Positions 25,023 through 32,000 of a stretch of 32,000 nt of DNA are shown here, in pieces. The notes below the pieces were generated by a model that made no database searches, was not told where the DNA came from, and worked only from the letters and a program-made list of their open reading frames with translations. The stretch spans positions 540,001 through 572,000 of the forward strand of contig NC_013967.1 in NCBI RefSeq assembly GCF_000025685.1, read 5' to 3'. Origin of the DNA: Haloferax volcanii DS2 (lineage in GTDB: Archaea > Halobacteriota > Halobacteria > Halobacteriales > Haloferacaceae). Made by a program: the position numbers and the translations under genes. The first letter of the stretch is position 1; the number at the start of each line of letters is the position of its first letter.

Positions 25023-27614
25023 TCAGGCTTTCGGCAGGCGAAGCTCGATAATCGTCCCGCTCGGTTCGTTGTCTCTGATTTCCATCGTGCCGTTGCTGTT
25101 CGTCACCGTCCAGCGGACGAACCAGAGACCGAGCCCGTTCGTGTGCCGAAGCGGCGACTCCCGCCCGGACATGAGCGATTCGCGTTCGAGCGCGGGGAGC
25201 CCCGGCCCGTTGTCCGCGATTCGAACCGTCACTTGCTCCGCACCGTCGGCCTCGGCGACAGAGAGTTCGATTTCGACGTCGTCACCGCCGTAGGCGACGG
25301 CGTTGTCGACGAGTTCGTTCACCGCGAGTTCGAACGTCGCGTGCGCCAACGCTCGCACGTTCTCCGGCGCGTCGACGGTGATGGTCACCCCGGGGTAGCT
25401 GAGCTGAGCGCCTTCGACCACGCTGCGGACGCGGTCGGCAACGTTCTGCGGTTGCACCCGCTCGGTCACGTCGGGGTCGAGCGCGGAGCTGAACTTTCGT
25501 GCCGTCTCGGCGATTGAGAGGAGTTCGTCCGCCGCCCGCTCGATGGCCGCCGCCGACTCGCGCACGTCGGCGTCGTCGGCGGCTTCGAGCAGCATCGCCG
25601 CGTGCGCCTGCGCGATGTTCATCTTGTTCCGGAGGTTGTGTCTGATGACGCGGTCGAGGACCGAAAGCCGCCGCTCGCGCTCCCGGAGTTCGGTCACGTC
25701 GCGGCCGACGCAGACGATGCCGTCGAACTCGCCGCCCGACGACTTCGCCGCGATGGTCGTCTGGAACTGTCGCTCAGCGCCGCCTCGGTCGACGACGACC
25801 GTCTCGATGGTCTCCTCGGCGCTATCCCCCGAGAGAAGCGACGCGATAGCCTCTAAGAGCGCCTGGGCGTGTCGCTCGCCGAACACCGCCGAGACGTGTT
25901 CGCCCGTGAGTTCGCCGGGGTCACAGTCCAGCAGGTCGGCGGTCGCGCTGTTCGCGAGGACGAACCGGAGATTGTCGTCGAGCGTGTGAATCGGGTCGGC
26001 CGTCGTCTCGACGATGCGCTCGTACCGCTCTAACTCCTCGGAGCGGGCCTTTCGCTCGGTGATGTCTTGGACGGTCCCGCGGTAGACGGCGGCGTCGGTC
26101 TCTCGCGCCGCGACGCCGCGGACGTTCACCCAGCGCGTCTCGCCGTCCATCGTCTCCAGTCGGCACTCGACTGACTGCTCTTCCCCGGTCGCAACGAGAC
26201 GTCCGAACGCCGCCCGGGCCTCGGGTTCGTCCTCGGGATGGTAGAACGCGAACGCCTCTTCGAGGTCGAAGGTCTCCCGCGAATCGACGCCGACGAGTTC
26301 CGCGAGTCCGCTCGTGAACAGGACCTCCCCGGTCCGTGTGTTGAACTCCCACGCGCCGACCGAGGCGATTTTCTGACTCTGGTCGAACAGGTCGAGCAGT
26401 CGTTCGCGGTCGCGCTGCTGGCGCTTCACTTCGGTCACGTCCTCGATGACGGCAATCACACCGATGCACTCCCCGCCGCTTCCAGTCAGGGACGCGGCGT
26501 TGACGACGACCCACCGGCGGTCGCCGCCGACTTCGATGCCGTGTTCGAAGCCCTTGACGGTCTCACCGGCCTCTCTCGCCCGTTCGAAGGGGAGCCCACC
26601 GCGGTCGAGTGGCTCTCCGCGCTCGCCGACGAGTTCCCACTCGGGGGCGTCGTACGGCTGTCCGAGCACGACTGACCGGCCCAGACCGAGAATCTCTTGG
26701 GCCGACTCGTTGGCGCGCATGATTATCTCGTCTTCGTTGAGGACCACGATACCGACCGGACTCGTCTCGAAGAGCTGTTTGAGCGTTTGCGTCTCGTTGA
26801 CGAGTTGGTTCCTGAGCGCGTGGCGGACGGTCGCGTCGGTCTGGAACCCGACGAAGTGGGTGAGCTCCCCGTCGTCGTAGACCGGCGATATCTTCAGGTC
26901 GTTCCAGAACGGCGTTCCGTCCTTCCGGTAGTTCGTGAGGCCGACGGCGGCGCTCTCGCCAGCGTCGACCGCCTCGTGGAGCGTCTCGACCGCCTCGGGG
27001 TCGGTGTCGTCCCCTTGGAGGAATCGACAGTTCCGGCCGATGACCTCCGAGCGGTCGTAGCCGGTCATCTCCTCGAAGGCGTCGTTGACGTACGTGAGCG
27101 GTTGGTCGTCGTCGGCTTCGGTGATGGTGATGCCGACCGTCGCGCTGTCCATCGCCCGGCGGTACAGCGCGAGTTGGAGCGACTGCCGTCGGGTCTGGAG
27201 AAGCGACTCGACCCGCGACCGGATGACTGCGCTCGGTGCGGGGACCGCGAGCACGTCGTCCGGCACGTCGTCGAGTCGCCGTGCGGCGACGCGCTGTTCG
27301 TCTTGCGTGACCGTCAACAGCACCGGCACGAAGCGGTCGCCGGCGTCGGCTTTGCGTTCGTCGAGCGCGTCGGCAACCGCCGAGTACGTCGCCATATCGA
27401 CGATACAGAGGTCGAACTCCGGAAGTTGGGGTTCATCCTCGCGGCCGCGTTCCCAGACGACGACTTCGTGCGCGTCGAGGAGGCCCGCCAGTAGCTCGCG
27501 GTCCCGAGCGCCGCGAACCGCGAGGAGTATCCGTTCCTCGTCGGACGCGTCACGCGCGGAGCGCGCTCCGTTCCGGGACGCGTCTTCGCTCACGGTCACT
27601 CGGCCTCGTTCCAC
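25023..27614 (-). CDS. Multi-domain sensor histidine kinase: receiver-like domain, LOV-type PAS, three further PAS domains, H-box, HATPase_c
   Basis: 863 aa. LOV signature GRNCRFLQG with the Cys codon at 27027-27029. Further PAS S-box-like segments. H-box DRVIRHNLRNKMN. ATP-binding motifs NELVDNAVAYGG, DNGPGLP, GLGLWFVRW. The start is GTG 27612-27614, or GTG 27597-27599 (GTGA overlap with the upstream stop). Confidence 0.9.
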   Translation of the reverse strand: MERGRVTVSEDASRNGARSARDASDEERILLAVRGARDRELLAGLLDAHEVVVWERGREDEPQLPEFDLCIVDMATYSAVADALDERKADAGDRFVPVLLTVTQDEQRVAARRLDDVPDDVLAVPAPSAVIRSRVESLLQTRRQSLQLALYRRAMDSATVGITITEADDDQPLTYVNDAFEEMTGYDRSEVIGRNCRFLQGDDTDPEAVETLHEAVDAGESAAVGLTNYRKDGTPFWNDLKISPVYDDGELTHFVGFQTDATVRHALRNQLVNETQTLKQLFETSPVGIVVLNEDEIIMRANESAQEILGLGRSVVLGQPYDAPEWELVGERGEPLDRGGLPFERAREAGETVKGFEHGIEVGGDRRWVVVNAASLTGSGGECIGVIAVIEDVTEVKRQQRDRERLLDLFDQSQKIASVGAWEFNTRTGEVLFTSGLAELVGVDSRETFDLEEAFAFYHPEDEPEARAAFGRLVATGEEQSVECRLETMDGETRWVNVRGVAARETDAAVYRGTVQDITERKARSEELERYERIVETTADPIHTLDDNLRFVLANSATADLLDCDPGELTGEHVSAVFGERHAQALLEAIASLLSGDSAEETIETVVVDRGGAERQFQTTIAAKSSGGEFDGIVCVGRDVTELRERERRLSVLDRVIRHNLRNKMNIAQAHAAMLLEAADDADVRESAAAIERAADELLSIAETARKFSSALDPDVTERVQPQNVADRVRSVVEGAQLSYPGVTITVDAPENVRALAHATFELAVNELVDNAVAYGGDDVEIELSVAEADGAEQVTVRIADNGPGLPALERESLMSGRESPLRHTNGLGLWFVRWTVTNSNGTMEIRDNEPSGTIIELRLPKA

Positions 27615-29050
27615 GTCGGCGTCCCCGTGAGGATGCCCCGTAGCTCGTCGAGCGGTTCGCCGACGGTGATGCCGTCCCTCCCGATTTCGAACGACCGGAG
27701 CGTCGGCTCGAAGCCGCCGAACCGCTTTTTGAGGACGCCGACGGCCTTGCGAATCTCGCCGCGCACCTCGATGTAGCGGATGAACAGGATGTTGTCCGCG
27801 AGGTAGCTCACGTGGTTGTCCGAGGCGTGGAACGCGCCGGTGACCTGCTGTACCTCCTCGGTCAGCACGACGGTGACGCCCATGTTCTTGAGGTACCGCG
27901 CCAGCGCGTGGAGTTCGCGGCGGATGTCGCTCCGCTCGTCGGTAAGGCTGAGTTGGTAGCCCGCGGTACCGTCTATCAGCACGAATTTGGTGTCGTTGGC
28001 TTCGACCTCGGCGCGCACCCGCTGGGCGAACTCGTCGGTCGAAAGCGAGAGCGGTTCGACGGCGTCGACCCGGAGGTTCCCGGAGTCGACGAGATCGTCT
28101 ATCGGGATGCCGACGGACTCGGAGCGGTGTCGGAAGCTCCGTTTGCTCTCCTCGAACAGATAGACTGCGGCGCGCTCGCCGCGTTCGGCGGTCGCCCGCG
28201 CGAACGCGGCTCCGGTGGTGGACTTACCGACGCCGCTCGGGCCGCTGACGAGCGTGATGCTCCCCCGCTCGATGCCGCCGCCGAGCAGGGCGTCGAGGTC
28301 GTCGATGCCCGACGAGAGCGGCTCGATAGTGAACTCGTGGTGGTGCGAGTCGGGGACGAGCCGCGGGAAGACGCGCATCCCGTGACCGCCGTCGATTCGC
28401 ATGGCGTGCGGCCCCGTCTGCGAGTCCGAGCCGCGGAACTTCTCGATGCGGACCGACCGCCCCCAATCGGACCGAGACAGCGATATCGACCCGTCGCAGA
28501 GGTACGCGAGCGTCTCGTCGGTGCCGCCGCTCGACGGCTGGCTCGTGAACAGCGTCGTCGCACCCGACCGCTTGAGATAGCTCAGGAGCGACGAGACGAG
28601 CCGGCGGAACTGGTATTCGTCCGACGAGAGCCGACCGAGTTGGCTCAGCGGGTCGATGACGACTCTGTCGGGGTGGTGTTCTTCGATTACCTCTTTCAGT
28701 TCGGTCGTCGTGGATTTCCCTTCGACCTCGCTCGGCGACAGCATCGTGTAGGCCTCGTCGTCGAGGAACGCCTCGGGCGACGGGCTTAGGTCGAGAACCG
28801 GCACCTCGGAGAGGTCGAACCCGAGCGTTCCGGCGTTCGCCCGGAGGTCGGCGTTCGACTCCTCGAAGGAGATGAACAGCACGTCCTCGTCGTTTTCGCG
28901 CCCGGCGGTCAAGAAGTGGTAGCCGGCGATGGCCTTTCCCGCCCCGGATTCTCCGCGGACCATGTACGTTCGGTTCGGCACTAGCCCGCCGTCTAGTACC
29001 GCGTCGAGTCCGGAGACTCCCGTGGAGAGTCGCGGGGGGAGATTCGTCAT
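27596..29050 (-). CDS. KaiC-like double-domain RecA-superfamily ATPase
   Basis: The track ORF is 27596-29161; ATG 29048-29050 (MTNLPPRLSTGVSGLD...) is preferred, giving 484 aa. Two KaiC-type domains: LSTGVSGLDAVLDGG...GESGAGKA...ISFEES and LSSGIDDLDALLGGG...GPSGVGKST...YLFEES. Confidence 0.9.
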   Translation of the reverse strand: MTNLPPRLSTGVSGLDAVLDGGLVPNRTYMVRGESGAGKAIAGYHFLTAGRENDEDVLFISFEESNADLRANAGTLGFDLSEVPVLDLSPSPEAFLDDEAYTMLSPSEVEGKSTTTELKEVIEEHHPDRVVIDPLSQLGRLSSDEYQFRRLVSSLLSYLKRSGATTLFTSQPSSGGTDETLAYLCDGSISLSRSDWGRSVRIEKFRGSDSQTGPHAMRIDGGHGMRVFPRLVPDSHHHEFTIEPLSSGIDDLDALLGGGIERGSITLVSGPSGVGKSTTGAAFARATAERGERAAVYLFEESKRSFRHRSESVGIPIDDLVDSGNLRVDAVEPLSLSTDEFAQRVRAEVEANDTKFVLIDGTAGYQLSLTDERSDIRRELHALARYLKNMGVTVVLTEEVQQVTGAFHASDNHVSYLADNILFIRYIEVRGEIRKAVGVLKKRFGGFEPTLRSFEIGRDGITVGEPLDELRGILTGTPTWNEAE

Positions 29051-29112
29051 ACCGTACACATCTGTCCGGCGCACCAAGAAACTACCACCGCCTCGAACTG
29101 CCGCGTCTCGGA

Positions 29113-29153
29113 GCATCACATCCCGGGCACCACGCCCGGAGCACCACATCCCG
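29113..29153. repeat. 13-bp direct repeat GCA(T/C)CACATCCCG x2 flanking the hairpin CCGGGC-ACCAC-GCCCGG
   Basis: Copies at 29113-29125 and 29141-29153 match at 12 of 13 positions. They lie 63-103 nt upstream of the kaiC-like ATG, within the orc1-kaiC spacer. Confidence 0.3.
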
Positions 29154-29202
29154 TGACACACTACCTCGGCACGCCGATTCGGGGGACTGCGTCGCCGTGG
29201 GG

Positions 29203-30429
29203 TCAGGCGGCCTCGGCCTGCGTCGCGGTCTTCCGAATCTCGTCGAGGACCGAGTCGAGAGCGAGCACGTCGGACAGCGCCTCCATCGCGCTGGAGAACG
29301 GCACGTCGAGCGCGTAGCTGTAATAGTTCCCGCGCGAACCGGTTCGGTTCTCCTCGGCCGAGAGGATGCCGAGCATCCGGAGGTCCGAGAGGTGGTTGTG
29401 GACCGACCGCTGGGCGAGCGGGTCGATGCCGGCGGAGTTACACAGTCGGAGGTACTCCTGATAGAGGTCGCGCATCCGACACGGCGTCTCGTCGTGGGCG
29501 GCCTTCGAGACGACCGCGAGGAGGGCGAAGTGGCCGTTTTCGGTGAGTTCGCGCATCCCCTCGACGACGCGCTCCTGTTCGAGTTTCTGCCGGGCGATGT
29601 CGACGTGGTCGAGCGTGATTCGCTCGTCGTCTTTGTTCTCGGCGTGTTCGCCCGCCAGCCGCAGGAGGTCGAGCGCCTGCCGCGCGCTCCCGCTGTCGCG
29701 GGCGGCGAGCGCCGCACAGAGGTTGAGCACGCCCTCCTCGCAGGCGTCTTCTGCGATGGCGACCTCAGCGCGCGATTCGAGGATGTTCTGGAGCTCAGGC
29801 GCTTGGTACGGCGGGAAGTGGAGTTCGCGCTCGCAGAGCGTGTCCTGCACGCGCGGGTCGAGTTGGTCGTGGAACTTGAAGTCGTTCGAGATGCCGATGA
29901 GGCCGACCTTGGCGTCTTCGAGCTTGCCGTTCGAGCGCGCCCGCGGGAGTTCGTAGAGGAGCTCGTCGCGGTCGCCGATGGAGTCGACTTCGTCGAGGAC
30001 GATGAGCACCGTCCCGCCCACGTCGTCCAACTCCTGAAACAACTTCTTGAAGACGGTCTGTTGGGGGTAGCCGGTCGAGCTAATCACCGCACCGGGCGGC
30101 CGAAGCTCGTTGACGAGTTCGACCGCCACCTGATACGAGGAGTTGAGCGTCTTGCAGTTGATGGAGATGACGCTGAGGTCCACGTCGTCGTACTGCGAGA
30201 CATCTTCGAGGAGCATTTCCAGAAGGAACTCGGTGACTGCGGTCTTCCCCACGCCGGTGTTTCCGTACAGGAAGACGTTGTTCGGCTCCCAGCCGTCGAC
30301 GACCGGTTGGAGCGCGTCCATGTACTCCGAAATCTCGTCGTCGCGCTCCTCGATGCGCTCGGGCTTGTAGGACTCCCCGAGGGCGTCCTTGTTGGTGAAG
30401 ACGTTTTGTTTTCGCTCGAACCGGCGCAT
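29203..30429 (-). CDS. orc1: Orc1/Cdc6 family replication initiator
   Basis: 408 aa. AAA+ Walker A GNTGVGKTA and Walker B LIVLDEVD. Typical N-terminus (FTNKDALGESYKPERIEERDDEI) and a C-terminal winged-helix region (NHLSDLRMLGIL). Confidence 0.93.
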   Translation of the reverse strand: MRRFERKQNVFTNKDALGESYKPERIEERDDEISEYMDALQPVVDGWEPNNVFLYGNTGVGKTAVTEFLLEMLLEDVSQYDDVDLSVISINCKTLNSSYQVAVELVNELRPPGAVISSTGYPQQTVFKKLFQELDDVGGTVLIVLDEVDSIGDRDELLYELPRARSNGKLEDAKVGLIGISNDFKFHDQLDPRVQDTLCERELHFPPYQAPELQNILESRAEVAIAEDACEEGVLNLCAALAARDSGSARQALDLLRLAGEHAENKDDERITLDHVDIARQKLEQERVVEGMRELTENGHFALLAVVSKAAHDETPCRMRDLYQEYLRLCNSAGIDPLAQRSVHNHLSDLRMLGILSAEENRTGSRGNYYSYALDVPFSSAMEALSDVLALDSVLDEIRKTATQAEAA

Positions 30430-30455
30430 TAGCGTCGGTCCGTTGTAGCGTCCCC

Positions 30456-30465
30456 TTATTTAAAA
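30456..30465 (-). promoter_or_regulatory. TATA-like box TTTTAAATAA for orc1
   Basis: 27-36 nt upstream of ATG 30429 on the minus strand. Confidence 0.5.
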
Positions 30466-30620
30466 CCCCGATTTCATCTGATTCATGTGAATTGTGACGA
30501 CGACGGTGTCGCCGGAGTCAGACCGCGTGTTCTCGTCTGGAACCGCCGTCTCTCGGTTGATGCTTGCTCACCCTATACTGTCCCATGTTATTGTATTTCG
30601 TGGGTCATGTGAACTCGTTT

Positions 30621-30650
30621 GAACAGACACACACCATGTTTGCAAGTGAA
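30621..30650 (-). repeat. ORB-like repeat, inverted copy (TTCACTTGCAAACATGGTGTGTGTCTGTTC)
   Basis: Matches the copy at 30958-30984 at 22 of the first 23 positions. Confidence 0.7.
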
Positions 30651-30790
30651 AGAGAGTACGCGAGAGTAGCTAGTAGAACAACAGAGCATGTGTTCAACTA
30701 AAGCGTTGACATATTTCGGTGCTCACGGTGTACGTCTCGGTGGGATGCGTCTCCCGTTAACGAGGCGTAGACGGCCTCAATCGGAGTGAA

Positions 30791-30812
30791 TCACCTGCAA
30801 TGGTGGTGGGTG
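30791..30812 (+). repeat. ORB-like repeat R1 (TCACCTGCAATGGTGGTGGGTG)
   Basis: Shares the core and G-string with R3 and R4. The first T of the core is replaced. Confidence 0.6.
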
Positions 30813-30836
30813 ACGCGCGACGAGTCCCGTTCGAGG

Positions 30837-30855
30837 TTCACTTGCACCGGTGCTC
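30837..30855 (+). repeat. ORB-like repeat R2, degenerate (TTCACTTGCACCGGTGCTC)
   Basis: The core TTCACTTGCA is conserved; the G-string is lost. Confidence 0.45.
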
Positions 30856-30901
30856 TCCCCGCGCAGTCGCCGGTCCCACCCCCTCCGCGGCGTCACCGCG
30901 C

Positions 30902-30930
30902 TTCACGTGCAACGGTGGTGTCTGTGGGTA
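30902..30930 (+). repeat. ORB-like repeat R3 (TTCACGTGCAACGGTGGTGTCTGTGGGTA)
   Basis: Core plus G/T-string. Confidence 0.65.
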
Positions 30931-30957
30931 CGCCGCGACCCATCGCTTCCCCGCCAA

Positions 30958-30984
30958 TTCACTTGCAAACGTGGTGTGTGGGTG
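30958..30984 (+). repeat. ORB-like repeat R4 (TTCACTTGCAAACGTGGTGTGTGGGTG)
   Basis: Best copy; mirror of 30621-30650. Confidence 0.7.
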
Positions 30985-31021
30985 TCGGACCGCGGCTTTC
31001 GCGTTCCGCCGCGGCGACCCA

Positions 31022-31045
31022 TTCACTTGTACGGCCGGTCTGTCC
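31022..31045 (+). repeat. ORB-like repeat R5, degenerate (TTCACTTGTACGGCCGGTCTGTCC)
   Basis: Only the core TTCACTTG is retained. Confidence 0.4.
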
Positions 31046-31161
31046 AGCCGCGTCGTCTGTGACCCTTCGGCACCACCGACACGGCGCGACCGACGCTCCG
31101 CTCGACTCGACTGGTCGACGGGGTGACAGTCGTCCCGCCGGCGACGGCCCCGCCCCTCGAA

Positions 31162-32000
31162 ATGTCTTTACCTCGGATGCTGTTACCTACCCCCGTGGAC
31201 CGTTCCGCCCTCCGCGCGCTCGCACTGGCCCTCCTCGCGGTCGTCGCCCTCTCGGTCGTCGCCGCCACCATCGATTCGACCGTCGTCTCAAGCGGCGGCC
31301 CAGTCGGCTTCGGTGGCGGCGAGACCGGCGGCGCGGTCGCTGGAGACACAGACGAGACCGGCACCCAACCGTCCGGTGATTCGTCCGGCAGTCTCAGCAT
31401 CCCGACGCCGTGTTTCCCGTGGTTGCTCTCACCCGGAGTCCTCGCGGTCGTCGCCCTCGTCTTCGTCCTCCTCGGCGCGTACGCCTACCGGGAGACCGGC
31501 TCTCTGCTTCCGCCCCTCGCAATCTTCGCGGCGGTCGGGCCGCCGGTCGTCCTGCTTTTCGCCCTCCTCACGGGATGTCGCCGCGAGTTCTCGTTTTCGT
31601 CTCGTGCCGCGGCCGCCGCGCGAAACGTGTCGTTTCTCCCCGCCGGCGGCGGTGGTAGTCTCGGCCAAGGCGGGAACGCGGCGCAGAGCGTCTCACCGCC
31701 CACGGTGCTGTTCGGCCTCTTGCTCGCCGTCGCCCTCGCCGTCGCGGCCTTCATGCTCGTCACCGGGACCGGCGACTCGCCCGCGGCCGACGACGAAGTC
31801 ACCCCCGCCGACGAGGACGAGGGGTCGAACGTCGCCGCCGTCGGACGGGCCGCCGGGGCCGCGGCCCAGCGCATCGAAGACGGCGACGCCGACGTCGAAA
31901 ACGAAGTGTTCCGCGCGTGGGGTGAGATGACCGCGCTCCTCGACGTGCCGAACCGTCGCGCTGCGACGCCCGCCGAGTTCGCCCACTCGGCCGTCGACGC
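31162..32000 (+). CDS. 5' part (279 codons, no stop within the window) of a DUF4129-type membrane protein
   Basis: Absent from the ORF track because it has no stop. The frame is open from TGA 31060-31062 to the window end, with strongly G/C-biased third positions. It has an N-terminal TM helix (ALRALALALLAVVALSVVAAT) and further hydrophobic segments. An acidic region follows, ending ENEVFRAWGEMTALLDVPNRRAATPAEFAHSAVD, a pattern I associate with DUF4129 proteins. The start is uncertain (ATG 31162, ATG 31177 or GTG 31123). Confidence 0.7.
   Translation, partial: MSLPRMLLPTPVDRSALRALALALLAVVALSVVAATIDSTVVSSGGPVGFGGGETGGAVAGDTDETGTQPSGDSSGSLSIPTPCFPWLLSPGVLAVVALVFVLLGAYAYRETGSLLPPLAIFAAVGPPVVLLFALLTGCRREFSFSSRAAAAARNVSFLPAGGGGSLGQGGNAAQSVSPPTVLFGLLLAVALAVAAFMLVTGTGDSPAADDEVTPADEDEGSNVAAVGRAAGAAAQRIEDGDADVENEVFRAWGEMTALLDVPNRRAATPAEFAHSAVD

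Larger units (their letters stand above)
30430..31050. other. Predicted replication origin (AT-rich unwinding region plus ORB-like repeats) adjacent to orc1
   Basis: A 732-bp non-coding gap next to orc1. It has AT-rich stretches (30450-30500, 30570-30720) and six copies of a TTCACNTGCAA + G/T-string repeat, one of them inverted. Confidence 0.75.

Noticed and set aside
27596-29161. Longer 521-aa version of the KaiC-like ORF starting MCHGMWCSGRG...
   Set aside because: The extra 37 residues are Cys/Arg/Gly-rich and unlike the rest of the protein. ATG 29048-29050 starts directly at the conserved KaiC entry motif (MTNLPPRLSTGVSGLD).
30787-31045. Five similarly spaced direct repeats that at first glance suggest a small CRISPR array
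   Set aside because: The repeats are degenerate, with only an ~11-bp core conserved. Spacing is irregular (46-65 bp). An inverted copy lies 140 bp away and no cas genes are present. The location next to orc1 fits origin recognition boxes.
30786-31379. 197-aa plus-strand ORF covering the repeat array
   Set aside because: The translation is Arg/Pro/Ser-rich with no haloarchaeal acidic character. It spans the ORB-like repeats and then overlaps, out of frame, the DUF4129-type gene, which has strong GC3 bias and recognisable motifs.
31313-31930. 205-aa plus-strand ORF (and 31410-31658) listed in the track
   Set aside because: The translations are Arg/Pro/Ser-rich. The real reading frame here is the one starting at 31162, which has no stop before the window end and was therefore missing from the track.

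Overview
GC-rich archaeal DNA with an acidic proteome and the hallmarks of a haloarchaeon (class Halobacteria). These are an Orc1/Cdc6 initiator beside an ORB-repeat origin, class III (prepilin-type) signal peptides, a Tat+lipobox lipoprotein, and TATA-like boxes about 25-30 nt upstream of start codons (leaderless mRNAs). I recognised no rRNA, tRNA, CRISPR, transposase or integrase genes. Gene order: tail of an unknown CDS (2-37); MBL-fold hydrolase (-); tctB-tctA transporter (+); universal stress protein (+); a second, inverted MBL-fold paralogue (+); a 435-bp AT-rich spacer; a seven-gene type IV pilus-like operon on the minus strand (pilB ATPase, pilC platform, five different pilin-like proteins); 7TM-PAS histidine kinase (-); UbiA prenyltransferase (-); a MoaD/ThiS-like beta-grasp protein without C-terminal GG (+); zinc-ribbon membrane protein (+); half-size EamA/DMT protein (-); acidic hypothetical (-); a peptide/nickel-type ABC importer (+), made of a fused double ATPase followed by a separately promoted SBP, two permeases and a small membrane protein; a REC-like/LOV/3xPAS histidine kinase (-) translationally coupled to a KaiC-like double ATPase (-); orc1/cdc6 (-); a replication origin with one inverted and five direct ORB-like repeats; and the 5' part of a DUF4129-type membrane protein (+) that runs off the window. 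The two items most worth a second look are the KaiC-like/LOV-kinase pair next to the origin, and the tightly coupled pilus-like operon with five uncharacterised class-III-signal proteins. Many long ORFs in the six-frame track are GC-driven shadow ORFs and were rejected. All family assignments come from motif recognition by eye; no database search was run.
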